Shown here piece by piece: positions 27,201 through 38,412 of a stretch of DNA of 64,000 nt. Every line of letters begins with the position of its first letter. Position 1 is the stretch's first letter. The notes under the pieces were generated by a model. It searched no databases, was not told where the DNA came from, and was given only the letters and a program-made list of their open reading frames with translations. Source of the stretch: Lytechinus pictus (taxonomy: Eukaryota); NCBI RefSeq assembly GCF_037042905.1, contig NC_087259.1:22878001-22942000 (forward strand), read 5' to 3'. The position numbers and the translations under genes were made by a program.

Positions 27201-29062
27201 AAAGTCTTGCCCCCCTGTCCCCACTCTGCCCCCTGTCCCACCCCCTACCCCATCTCTCTCTCAGGTAGAATTCAAAATTAATATACATGTAGGCACACAT
27301 TTAAATTGAAATGAAATTAATATAACAAATAAACTTTAAGATTTTTTTTGAAAGTATTCAAAAGACATTCTCCGTAATAGAAGTTGGTAATGAGTTCCAT
27401 ACTGTGGGCCCTGAATATGAGAAGGGTCTGTACGGTGCGCTCTTGCTTGATTCAAGCCATGGGTTTAGAGGATGTTGCAAGAAACATATCACATATCGCA
27501 GGTCAATTCTAGTTTAAGACATCGATCAAAAGATTGGTAATTAATAGGATATTGGCAATTGATTGCTAGCCTTCTCCTAATATAATAATCTATGTATTCA
27601 TTTGGGATGGTCATTGATAAATTGCAAAGAGGGCACCCTTCATTCTATGCTAAAATAGTAGAAGTGAAAAGGTCAAACTTCATTTACTGAGCACTTATCT
27701 CATGTTTTGAAACTAGGTTCTCATGCTTTGTTGGTGGATTAATTTAGTCCTCCTTACTGGTCAGTTTTTAATATTTTTACTTGCCAATTGCAAAAGTTCA
27801 GTTGTTACCTTATTCTTGAGACCATTGGGTCTAAGCTGGACATGACCTTTGACCTTGACGACAGATTCCTGGTAAGCAGCTGTCAATGTCTCCACAAGCT
27901 CCTTGCTTCCTTGCTGTGATTTTCAAAGAATCAGATATCAATTTTAACAATACTATTGACTTAAATAGGGAAAGGTGTTTTTGTTTGACTAAAATTTTCA
28001 ATGTACAGTAGCTTTTACATCTGGACGATATAGCAAGCATAACCATTTGTTGATATCAATAAATAGGATCAGATGATGAAATAACTTGCCATACATAAAT
28101 CTGCATATATGCTGGCTAAACTGTCCTGGGCTAAACATCCATTATTTTTGTTGCCTTTTTTTTGTCAATGTTTTTTTTTTTGGGGGGGGGACTTCATCTC
28201 AGGGGGATGTCAAATCAGCTTTCTGTTATCTTTATTGTTTTTCTAAGAGAGCAATAAGAAAGAATGATATATTGAAAACTATTTGTGACATTTAGTATGA
28301 AGCTTTTAGGTACAAAATTAAGCGCTGACTTGAAAAAAAGATGGAGAAGATTAGAACGGAAGAGGAGGGGGACAATTTTAAGGGTTAACAACATGTACAA
28401 ATGAATATCAAAAATATTATACAAAATCACCAGCATTACACCATTTTTACCTCTTCTTTAGGGATAATGATCTGAATGGCTCCAAACGAATCCCTGAGTG
28501 TGAACATGAAATCAAAGCGACGGTGCTGGAGCCATCCACATATGGTAACTTTTTCTCCAACATGATGAGATCTCAGCTCATGACAGTTATGACTACGTTC
28601 AGTAAGAGATATGTTACCTGCAGGAGTGAAAAAAATCACAGATCTATTTTTTAAAGAAATGTTTAAAGATGTATAAACCTTAAAATGGCCTCCATCATCA
28701 TTGAATTAATGGTAATGGTCTCCTAAAACACTTGACTATACTGAATGTTTAAGTTATCACACTATTAAATTATTAATGATATAGTAAATAATGAGAACAT
28801 TTCACATAATCTATTGAAGCTAACCTGGAGCATTCACAGTGAGCAGTGCTCTCACACTTCACAAATCACAGATATAAATATATGGGACTACACGTGAACT
28901 TCATGTGTAACTGTAAGACTAAGACACGAATATTTTTTATACTTTATTGATCAGACATCATTCAAACGTATGTAACTTACCAATAGTTGAAGATGCTCTT
29001 ACATTACAATATTTTCTTGCAACTGCGGCAAGAGGATGTCGCTGGATTAAGGAACGAAACAT
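15090..29062 (-). CDS. DARS2: Mitochondrial aspartate--tRNA ligase, ~633 aa, 16 exons
   Basis: Bacterial-type AspRS motifs ([37 protein letters not shown], motif 2 [36 protein letters not shown], motif 3 [12 protein letters not shown]) plus an Arg-rich, acid-free N-terminal transit peptide. Exon lengths sum to 1902 nt in frame. Confidence 0.96.
15655..15730 (-). CDS. DARS2: DARS2 exon 15
   Basis: [25 protein letters not shown]. Confidence 0.94.
16386..16496 (-). CDS. DARS2: DARS2 exon 14
   Basis: [37 protein letters not shown]. Confidence 0.94.
17147..17319 (-). CDS. DARS2: DARS2 exon 13
   Basis: [14 protein letters not shown]...[10 protein letters not shown]. Confidence 0.95.
17881..17935 (-). 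CDS. DARS2: DARS2 exon 12
   Basis: [18 protein letters not shown]; G|GTGAG donor. Confidence 0.88.
18670..18903 (-). CDS. DARS2: DARS2 exon 11
   Basis: [11 protein letters not shown]...WKSPIAKYV...[18 protein letters not shown]. Confidence 0.9.
19333..19434 (-). CDS. DARS2: DARS2 exon 10 (GAD insertion domain)
   Basis: [34 protein letters not shown]; TTTAG acceptor, GTAAGT donor. Confidence 0.85.
19484..19890. mobile_element. Degenerate MITE (possibly PIF/Harbinger-like)
   Basis: GGCCAC..TACGA / TCGTAAGGTGTGCGGTCGCC imperfect inverted ends with TTA/TAA flanks. Confidence 0.4.
20304..20342 (-). CDS. DARS2: DARS2 exon 9 (39 nt)
   Basis: [13 protein letters not shown] with canonical splice sites. 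Confidence 0.92.
20523..20672. mobile_element. ~150-bp CAGGGGCC-terminal MITE
   Basis: TIR CAGGGGCCG; 5-bp TSD ATGAT; second copy in opposite orientation at 34931-35063. Confidence 0.8.
21336..21476 (-). CDS. DARS2: DARS2 exon 8
   Basis: [20 protein letters not shown]...[13 protein letters not shown]. Confidence 0.94.
21914..22018 (-). CDS. DARS2: DARS2 exon 7 (motif 2)
   Basis: [35 protein letters not shown]. Confidence 0.96.
23174..23292 (-). CDS. DARS2: DARS2 exon 6 (motif 1)
   Basis: [24 protein letters not shown]...[10 protein letters not shown]. Confidence 0.95.
23830..25266. mobile_element. Non-autonomous hAT-like element in DARS2 intron 5
   Basis: TIR CAACCGCGTAGCCAGG / CCTGGCTACGCGCCTG; 8-bp TSD GATGTCAC; internal GCGCGAAGCGCG motifs. 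Confidence 0.85.
25708..26185. repeat. ~160-170-bp tandem repeat containing the 3' end and donor site of DARS2 exon 5 (about 3 units)
   Basis: ACCATGCTGTTTCC...TCTCTCAT...ACATCT recurs at ~25808, 25967 and 26139 with the adjoining intron sequence. Confidence 0.9.
26141..26264 (-). CDS. DARS2: DARS2 exon 5
   Basis: [41 protein letters not shown]. Confidence 0.92.
26424..26586. mobile_element. ~160-bp MITE with GGGGAGCGTTTCAT ends
   Basis: Inverted ends; related degenerate copies at ~9985-10129 and ~16056-16200. Confidence 0.65.
26796..26894 (-). CDS. DARS2: DARS2 exon 4
   Basis: [33 protein letters not shown]. Confidence 0.92.
26941..27423 (-). mobile_element. 5'-truncated L2/CR1-type LINE fragment
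   Basis: Minus strand encodes [16 protein letters not shown] (ORF2 C-terminal motif), followed by a 3' UTR and a (ATTGA)n tail. Confidence 0.65.
27809..27913 (-). CDS. DARS2: DARS2 exon 3
   Basis: [35 protein letters not shown]. Confidence 0.88.
28451..28617 (-). CDS. DARS2: DARS2 exon 2
   Basis: [33 protein letters not shown]...LRDSFGAIQ. Confidence 0.92.
28981..29062 (-). CDS. DARS2: DARS2 exon 1 (transit peptide)
   Basis: [27 protein letters not shown], donor G|GTAAGT, phase 1 matches exon 2. Confidence 0.8.
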
Positions 29063-29397
29063 TTTGTCGAAAGCTCCAGCTCCAGACCAGTAGCAGTATT
29101 CGAGTCCGAAACCGAGGTGTTACGCAATACGAAGATTGCGTCGTCTGCTAAGGCTAAGCTCCCAAAAAATAATTTTACTAAAAACATGAAAATTTGTTAA
29201 ACAATACACTCTAATAATTCGCACGGTCTCCTCGTCTATATAGCTTTCATTTTAATCAATGTCTTTAACATAATTTACTTGCTCTTGTCATATCAGGGAG
29301 GGAAGCTTAAGAAAATACCCTTCCTGGTATGACTATCACAACAACTCCATCAACAATATAAAACAGAAAAGAACGGAAATAGAGACAATAATTCATA

Positions 29398-29576
29398 GTG
29401 TGTGTGTGTGTGTATTTGAGTTTTGTCAGACGTGTATCAATCAGATATGATTATTTACGTCTGGGACCGACCTTTAACGTCACCATCCGAAAGACGTGAC
29501 CAGGGCTCGAACCTCTGCATCAATTTGTAACTTCCCCACATAGCTTGGATTACAGGCGCACGCCACAACGCCCAGT
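29398..29576 (-). mobile_element. SINE with a 7SL Alu-domain-like head, B box and (CA)n tail
   Basis: ACTGGGCGTTGTGGCGTGCGCCTGTAATCCAAGCTA head; GGTTCGAGCC at 29513-29504; GTCTTTCGGATGGTGACGTTAAA core; CA repeat at the 3' end. Confidence 0.65.
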
Positions 29577-29950
29577 TAACTTGACACGGATAAGGGGGCA
29601 GTCTGATACAAAAGTACATTTATGTAGGCCTATTTGCCACTCCAACAATACCCAAAAAAAATATTGATATCAAATTAAAAGTGTTTTATACTACTGAATA
29701 TCTTCCAGTTTTAACGAATATATTCATTTTGATAAAGACAAAGTATACACACGTATCAATATCATGATGTGATTAGTATTCAAACATAATACGTTTCTTG
29801 CAGAATTTAAAGGTTGTATTAGCTATTTTCATTATTTTCATCTAACAATCATTAAAATATCTCCCCGGCCCCTTCTGTATTTTTCTCTTCCTTTTAGTTG
29901 GAAAGTACTTTTCCTCATTTTCTCATGATTGGATAAAATCAAGGTTCCAT

Positions 29951-30290
29951 GACAATTGCTCCGCCGACATCTGCTCCGCCGACAATTGCTACGCAAAATA
30001 CGACAACTGCTCCGCCGAAAATTGCTCCGGACAGTTGCTCCGCCGACAGTTGCTCCGCCGACACTTGCTCCACCGATATTTGCTCCGTCGACACTTGCTC
30101 CGCCGATATTTGCTCCGTCGACATCTGCTCCGCCGATATTTGCTCCGCCGACAATTGCTCCGCCGATAATTGCTCCGCCGACATCTGCTCCGATTATACG
30201 ACAATTGCTCCACCGATATTTGCTCCGCCAAAATCTGCTCCGCCGATAATTGCTCCGCCGAAAATTGCTCCGCCGTCATGTGCTCCGATA
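29951..30290 (+). repeat. 15-bp minisatellite (TTGCTCCGCCGAYAW), left TIR
   Basis: More than 20 tandem units. Confidence 0.95.
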
Positions 30291-30581
30291 ATACAATTGC
30301 ACGAACATCTTATACAAATTGTTTGTTGTTTTTTTTTTCTTATTATTCGTTAATGTTTTATTTATTTATTTCTTTCTCCCCTATCATCACAGCTTTCTGC
30401 TTAAAAAAAAATGTTCTCCCTGCCGCCACCACTTGACAAATTGTAACGCAGAAGGGGAATGACACCCTCCCCATTGAAATTGTGAATCTGGATTTTTGTT
30501 CATATATTATTATCATTGGTTTCCATCCGGACTTGAGCGGGGAGAGAATGGGGGGGGGGGTAATGGATACAATATCTCTTC

Positions 30582-33500
30582 CATAGGCGGATCCAGGGGA
30601 GGGGCCGAGAGATGGAAAAGAGAAGAGTAAAAAGAAGGGGAGGAAGACGAGTAAATAAAATAAGATGAGGGAAAGACTTGGAAAATAAAAAGAATCTTTC
30701 ATGTCACTGTATAAAATTGCCTGTTAGGGGATTTTTATATCTTGTTCAATAATTATGGAGTTCAAATATCAAGTTTGGAAGTCAATATACAAAACATATT
30801 TCACCTCGGGAATCGGGAATTCATTATTTTGTGTGATTTACAAATTGATTTTTAAAAAGTGCTCTGTAAAAATGTTAGTTTTATGGTCTGATTTTTAATA
30901 TTTTCTGCTCGCGCTGCGTGCTCGCAAATTTTGATTTATCATGCAGGTACCTATTATTTTCGTGTATTCCGTAAAGTTTTCAAAATATCCCTTTTCAGGT
31001 CTGATTGTCAAAACGTATCAGCTAGCGCTGCACTCGCATTTGAATGGAGAGTTATGTATGTCTCAATATTGAATATACAAATAAACTACTTAAAATCCCC
31101 ATTTAATGACAGTTTATCAAAAAATTTGGCTCGCGATTTGCGCTTGCATTAATGGTTAAAAATATATTAACTGATGCATCCTATTCATGACTACAAAAGT
31201 GCTTGAAATGTCCAGTTTTCAGACCATAATATCATCAGATTTCGTGCCGTCATTAGGCATTAATGAGTAAGATATTAATTTAGAAATTAAATTGTCCCTT
31301 TTGTTTTGTCTCGCGCTTAGCAAGAGAAATAGGAAAATAGTCATCATTTTCATATGATGGCATGTCCTAAGGATGTCCCGGTCCTATATGTCAAAACTCA
31401 AAGTAATAATAGAACATATCAGCTCTTTATTAAATGCAATCCATATCCACCTCACAATTTCCCTACAAAGTGCTTGAAATTGACTTTGTTTTTTAGTCGG
31501 AATATCAAAAAGTTTAATCTATTTAAATCATTATCCAGTTTCAGATCACAATATCAAAAATATTCTGCTCGCGCTTTGTGCTCGCATTATCAAGTTAGGA
31601 AGATCCCATATTACTTATTCTTTTCATGATTTACAAAACATGAATAGAGTGTCCCGCTTTAGGTCTAAATCTCGATTTTTCCGCTCGCGCTTCGCGCTCG
31701 TATAAATTGGTTAGTTATATAGCCATCCTGTTTACGATTACAAAAATTGATTGAAATTTTCCATTCTTTATGTAGAAATTTCAAAATGTTTCAGCTCGCG
31801 CTTCGCGCTCGCATTATTTGATTGTTGAAATATGTAGCGTCTTCATGGCTAAGAGCAAGCAGTCCTTAACAGGTACCTTTTCGATCACATTAAAATGTAT
31901 ACATATAAAAATTTTCTGCTTGCGCTTTGGGCTCGCATTATTAATGTAAGGAAGATCCCCAATTACTCATCCTTTTCATGATTTACAAAACAAAGAGTGT
32001 CTCGTTCAGTAGGTCTAAATCTCGCGCTCGCATTATTTGATTTTTAAAGTATTTAACGTCTTCATGGCTAACTGCAAGCAATATTTAACAGGTACCTTTT
32101 CCATCAGTTCATTTCTGCTCGCGCTTCGCGTTCGTAGTAATTATTTAGTTGCATACACATCTTTTTCAGGATAACAAACATTGAACAGAATGTCCAAATT
32201 TTAGGAAAAATATATAAGATTTCCTTAAAAATTTAGCTCGCGCTTTGCGCTCGCATTATATGAATAAGGATTATGATATTATATATTTATGTTTATTTAT
32301 AATAAAGCTAAGAAGTGATTATTATGACTACCCCTTCAAAGAGACCAAAATCATCATCGAGCGGCCGATCGGGGAAAATATGGTTTAAAAAACCCCGCCC
32401 CCCCCCCCTATTGCAGCGGCGTAACAGGGGTCGTGGCCAGGGGGGGCAAGAGTAAAAAATTTCCCGGTCATATGGTATGAACAGGCGTAATGGTGTAATG
32501 AGGAGACTATTTTGAGAAGGCCAGCCATATTGCGTATCGGGCAGAATTTATCTTTCAAAAAAAGTTGCGAGCGAAGCGAGCAAGCAAAAATTTTGACCTT
32601 TTTGATATAAAAATCAAATTTTGTGATAGATTTTGACATGATATCCAGAGAATAATATATTTCACTCTTCTCTCTTTAGATTCCTTTTTTGTGCTCTGTA
32701 CGTACGCCACTGTGAACAGGATTCTTTGCGGCAGTAGCGTGAAGAGTAAAAAAACGAGGGGCGCAGTATAGCACATGTGCTAAAAAGATGCTTTATATAA
32801 GTCCCGAGCGAGCGAAGCGAGCGATAAAAAAAATCACCTTTTCATGAGAATCTAACTTTGAGCTATTTTTTGACATTATATTCAGTAAATAAAATCATAT
32901 CCTACACTTTTCCGTTGCTTTTCTTTCCTCATTTTTTGTTTCTTGTTTGTAGAACTTTTTGGGGCCATGGCCCAACCCCTCCATACGCAGTGCTTCTTGA
33001 TATCAAAGCCATTTAAACTTCGCAGATTGCCGCTATTTTAATCAAATCGCGGACATATACAGAATATAACTTTTACACAACACATTTATTCAACCCAGTT
33101 GCGTGATGAACCAAATATTTTGAGGGGGCAAAACATAGCAATGTGGGAAAATTTGTAAAAAGTCGCCAGCGTGCAAAGCGAGCAGGAAAAAAAATTGCCT
33201 ATTGAAATTAAATTCTAATTATGTGATAGATTTTTCCATTAGATTCAGCAAATAACACATTCCATTGTTTCCATTCATTTCATTGTACGTTGTCTCCTAT
33301 AATTTCTTTTATTTCCTCTTGAGTGTGGAACCAAGACCCCCCGCGCCTGTATGCCAGTGATTGAACGTGATTGAAAGTGATTGAACGGGGGCGTTACAGA
33401 GCTGCCATTTGAAGGTTATAAATGAAGAGCCCCTACTGCGTGGGGTCTGGGGCAAAGCCCCGATAGCTTATTTGCATAAAATTTAGCAAGCTTATAGCAC

Positions 33501-33982
33501 AATGTTGTATGCAGTCCATCTTTCTTCCCGCTCTTTAATTTAAATCATCGGCAGCCTTGTCGTGTTATAATTTTTTTCTTGTCCCTTTTCTTTGTTTTCC
33601 AATTTAGCTTTTGACTAATTACATTCTACTTTCGTTTCCCGCTATTGTTTGCCATTTTGTAATCTTTTAATTAATTTCCCACCGTGCTATTTCGGAATGA
33701 TTTGTTCTTAAATGATCTTCTTTCGTACATTTTCCCGCTTTCCTTCCTTTTCCATTAAAAAAAAAATTCTTCGTTTTCTTTTCACTTTTCCCATTCCTTT
33801 TCCTCCTTTCCTTTTCCCCTTTCCTTCCCATTTCCCTTTCTTTCTTTCTCCCTCTTTTTCTTTTTCCCGTTTTTCTTTTATTTTCCCGGTGAAATCCGCC
33901 AAGGGGGGCAACTTGCCCCCCCTGCCCCCCCCCCCCGCCTGTTACGCCACTGCCCTATTGGCGAAGGCTGGATCCGCCCCTG
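30582..33982. mobile_element. Nested TIR element containing an array of GCTCGCGCTTCGCGCTCGC-cored repeats (30900-32260)
   Basis: TIR CATAGGCGGATCCAG / CTGGATCCGCCCCTG; 6-bp duplication CTCTTC. Confidence 0.7.
32414..33952. mobile_element. Nested hAT-like non-autonomous element
   Basis: TIR CAGCGGCGTAACAGG / CCTGTTACGCCACTG; 8-bp TSD CCCTATTG. Confidence 0.85.
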
Positions 33983-35184
33983 CTCTTCTGCTTTCCAGCA
34001 ACTTATACACCATACATTCGCGCGCGCCCCTCTCTCTCACTCCCTCTTTCTCGTTTTGTTCTTTCACACTATTTATTTTCATTAGTTACCGCTTGATTTA
34101 TTTTACATTTATCAGCATTATAATTATTAATATTTTTATCAATATTTTTTAATACGTCTTGGGCTTTATCTACCCTTGCACATTTTTTTCATTCAAACGA
34201 AAGCATGAACATCACTGGCGTACAGATAGGGGAGGGGCGTGCTAGGGGTCACGGATCCCCCCATTCTCCCTACCAATTAAAAAAAAAAGAATAAAGGAAA
34301 GGAAACTAAATGGTATTCTTGTCTGGCCCCCTCCATTTTTTTTTTTTTTGGGGGGGGGGGCTCATTACGCTACTGGTGAGTTACTATAAGACGAGACTTC
34401 GGTTGTATTTTATTCTATTCTGTGCAATAGCAACAATATAAACATATTTCAATAAATGAATATATGTATGTATATCTCTCATAACGTATAAACAAATAAT
34501 GTTGTTTTTAAAAGAAATAATATATATACATACCAGTAATAATATAGTTACATATTCATGAAACCCAATAACGCATCGCACTGAATTTATAATGCGAGCA
34601 CGAAGCGCGAGCTGTTATCAACCTGGAAATGGGACATTTATACGCATTTTTTTTTAAATTGTAAACATGAAGCATACCTATTGAATTTCACCTGGAGCAT
34701 GTGGAGCAAATATCTCCACTTCGGAGCATATTTCGCCAGAGCGATTTTGACGCTAAGAAGTTTTCTTTGTACTGTCATAATAATTACATGAACACGCGTA
34801 ATTTTTTTTCATTTTAATCACCAGGCACGTAATAAAACTTAAACAAATGCCCCCAAGGAATAAGAAATTAAGAATATCTATCCCTCCTTTGTGCTTATCC
34901 ATTTTTTCTACTTCTTTCTATGTTATGTATCAGGGGCCGGGAGCTGGGGGGCTTCAGCCCCAATTTTTTTTCCAAAACCGTGTACAAAAACGTAAAAATT
35001 ACCATATGATCGTGATTTTTAGCATGGTCAGCCCCCACTTTGAAAACCGTTCCGCGCCCCCTGTCTATGTCATGTAATATATCATGCAAGCATAGTTTAA
35101 GTTTACTTTGCATTGACGTCTTCATCCTGTGCTACAATTGTTACGCGCATGAAAGTACGAATAGATGAATAAATAAATGTCGCA

Positions 35185-35510
35185 TTATCGGAGCAATTTA
35201 CGGCGGAGCAGAAGTCGGCGGAGGAAATATTGACGGAACAGATTTTGGCGGAGCAAATATCGGCGGAGCAATTGTCGTATAATCGGAGCAGATGTCGGCG
35301 GAGCAATTATCGGCGGAGCAAATATCGGCGGAGCAGATGTCGACGGAGCAAATATCGGCGGAGCAAGTGTCGACGGAGCAAATATCGGCGGAGCAAGTGT
35401 CGACGGAGCAACTGTCGGCGGAGCAATTGTCCGGAGCAATTGTTCGCGGAGCAGTTGTCGTATTTTGCGTAGCAATTGTCGGCGGAGCAGATGTCGGCGG
35501 AGCAATTGTC
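35185..35510 (-). repeat. 15-bp minisatellite, right TIR (inverted)
   Basis: Reverse complement of 29951-30290. Confidence 0.95.
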
Positions 35511-36466
35511 GGGTCACCAAAATCAATGCCTCTTGATAGGTGTATCCCTTTTTTTAGCCTTCCTGGTTCAGTGTTCCCATTTCAATTCAAGTTATCTTCT
35601 CTTCAAACCTATTACGAAGACTGGTATCTGATGTATGAGGTGCCCAGTAATTCATTCAATAAATATGATATAAAGTTATAACTTCTTATTGGTAATAAGA
35701 TCCCCCTTCTCGGCCCTCTTTATTATTTTTTAAACAGCGTCAATCTTCGATTTTTATCTTGACTCTGCCGGAAGCAATTCTAAATGGGGGCAGGGGACAT
35801 ACGTAATTTGAAAAAAATAAAAATAAAAATAAAACACTGACCTCAAAAAGGAGCTGAAGTAACCGAGCTTATCGCAAGGCACTTGCCGTTTTCAGTAGTG
35901 AAATTTCAAGACCGCACAATTTTGGTGACTTTAATGAATTAATTGTTCAGCAAAAGATAGGGATGGGGAGGTTGCAATTGCCTCCTTATACTACATAAAG
36001 TCAGGGGCAGTCCTATGACATTTAACAGAGGGCGATACGACCTACTGATTGTGATTTTTTTCTCACATTTTAGAGACAAAAGTAATCACAACACTGAATG
36101 ACTCGGACACGCAAATCTTCCTTGGTACCTTTTTCTTCTTTCTTCTCATTTCTTCATCACCTGGCCTTTTTAATACTTCAAAAAATTCTCAACGAACGGT
36201 CGCCCCTAACTGTAATACTTCCCTCTTTGCTTTTCCTTCCTTTTTTCACCCCTTTTTTCTTCTCCCACAATTAAAAAAATCATAGGGGTCTCGCCTCTGT
36301 TCTCGCATCTTTTTCAAATCAATTAAATATCAAGATGCACTTGGTATATATAGTTAAAGGAGGTTTCTACCCAATCGTTCTATCCTTATGTGTGATGGCA
36401 GCAGTGGAATATACGAATCCACGTCGTTCAAATTCCAAAATTGAAACAAATTTGTTCATCACCAAG

Positions 36467-37086
36467 CCCGGGGGCGCTTACATTGACGAGTGGATACCAA
36501 GCGCGACCCCCCCCCCCAAAAAAAAAAAAAAAAAAAAAAAAAAAACACGTAAAGAGGAAGTCTTTTTCAAGATAGAGCACGTTACGTACTTAACGTAATA
36601 TAACACTCAAATAATGAAAAAAATTGTATCTATTTTGCTAGGAAAGCTACGTGTTTAGGGTCAAATTTGAGAGGGTATTAAAAGTTAAGATTAAAATGTT
36701 TTATAAAGGATGTACTTTTTGCCAAAACAGTCAACATTACGTGTTTAGAGTACGATTTTCGCGAGGTGTGGTAGGTGCATGGGGCCCATAGAGATATATG
36801 GTGGGGCCGTACTAAACCCAATGGTGTAGGTAAAGGTAAAAACGGCAACCGACGTCCGTGACATAACAATTAAAATATCGCTGTACTTGTTTAGGGGTTC
36901 AATTCAGGGAATACTTGCCAAGAGTATCGTTTTGTTTCCAATACTTGTTAAAGTTAGGGTTTCACACGCCAATAAACTTGTTAAGGGGTGCATTTTCAAC
37001 CTATGGAAAATATTTGTTTGGCCGGGTTGTTTTGGTGCTTTTCGAGACCCCATGGTCGCGCATGGTATCCACTCGTCAATGGAAGT
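36467..37086. mobile_element. CCCGGG-terminal MITE, right end clipped
   Basis: Colinear with 40737-41306; ACCAAG on both flanks. Confidence 0.8.
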
Positions 37087-37833
37087 ACCAAGCTCCAAAC
37101 TCGTTTCCAATACAAATGAAAATGCTAAAATGTGCCTAAATAAATGATAGGCCTATATAGGAATTGTGTAAACACATCAAACTATGTTTGTAGCCTTGCT
37201 AGGGGCGGATCAAGAGGGCGAAGTCTCCCCCCCCTCTCCTGTTGACTAATTTTCTTTCCTTTCACGATTTTGCTTGTCATTTTTTTTTGGGGGGGGGGGC
37301 GGGGGGCACTTTCTCTTCTGTTATGGCTCTAGATTTCTGCAACGGGATCCTAGATTTTGACAATAGTCAAATGGACAGGCAGACGATAGACGAGATGCCT
37401 GGCTGGTGCCATCGCATCGGCTTAACCCGACAATTCGAGAAAAAGGCCCCCTACATTCCCGAAACGTCGGATCCAGTTCACCCGACCCTTGCTTATAGCA
37501 TTCACAAAACATCGGGTAAATTGGACCCGAACGTTCGTACATTTGACTAATAATTTCCACAAAGCGTAGGCTAAACTGGACCCAACTCGTTTCAGGAATT
37601 TAGGGGCCCTTTTCACGAACTGTCGGGTTACGTGATTGTCCGACCGGACGCGATAACCCGATGCGATGGCACAAGTCCGCGTTTTTTCCCCATAATATAA
37701 TGAGATAAATTGAAAACACACACACACAGACGGGATGTTCGTAATGAAGATGCATAATAAACCCCGGTGTTATGAACGAATACAGATCTATAAACTGCGT
37801 AAAATGCGCCCAAAAGAATGTTTTAACAATTAA

Positions 37834-38412
37834 AGGGATGGTCCGGGCTGAAAATATTTATATCTTAATACATATAGAATTCACTAAGCAAAATGCAAAA
37901 ATTTCATCAAAATCGGATAACAAATAATAAAGTTATTAAAGTTTGAAATTTAGCAGTATATTGTGAAAACAGTCGTCATGAATATTCATTAGGTGGGCTG
38001 ATGATGTCACATCTCCACTTTCCGTTTTCTTATGTTATTACATAAAATCATATTTTTTTTCATTATTTCATACTTGTGTGAATACTTTGTCTCCCTTATA
38101 ATGAAATAAGTTGCAGCAATAAATATCTAATGCACTAAATCAGTTGTCAATCCAATTTTTCTAGCTCTTGGAGGAAAAAAATTGAATTAACTTAATTTCA
38201 CATAATAAAATACAAAAGAACAAGTAGAGATGTGACATCATCAGCCCACCTAATGAATATTCATGACGACTGTTTTCACAAAATATTGCTAAACTTTAAA
38301 ATTCAATAACTTTGTTATTTGTTATCCGATTTTGATGAAAATTTTGGCATTTTGCTCAGTGAATTCTACTCTATGTATTAAGCTATACATACTTTCAGCC
38401 CGGACCATCCCT
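37834..38412. mobile_element. TTAA-flanked palindromic MITE (Kolobok-like AGGG...CCCT ends)
   Basis: ~200-bp TIRs AGGGATGGTCCGGGCTGAAA; TTAA on both sides. Confidence 0.88.

Larger units (their letters stand above)
29943..35518. mobile_element. TU-like foldback element with long TIRs built of 15-bp tandem repeats
   Basis: Inverted 15-bp arrays at both ends with the same order of variants; GG...CC termini; 8-bp TSD AAAATCAA at 29935-29942 and 35519-35526. Confidence 0.85.

Noticed and set aside
27843-27855. Perfect DR1 site TGACCTTTGACCT
   Set aside because: It lies in DARS2 exon 3 and is explained by the codons for KVKGH.
29398-29576. Functional 7SL RNA gene or human Alu contamination
   Set aside because: Similarity covers only ~45 nt, with no S domain, no dimeric Alu body and no poly(A).
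29939-30436. Pentapeptide-repeat-like ORFs (SAEQL, APPIF, CSADI); also 35103-35681
   Set aside because: They are translations of a 15-bp minisatellite open in several frames on both strands, and the arrays are transposon TIRs.
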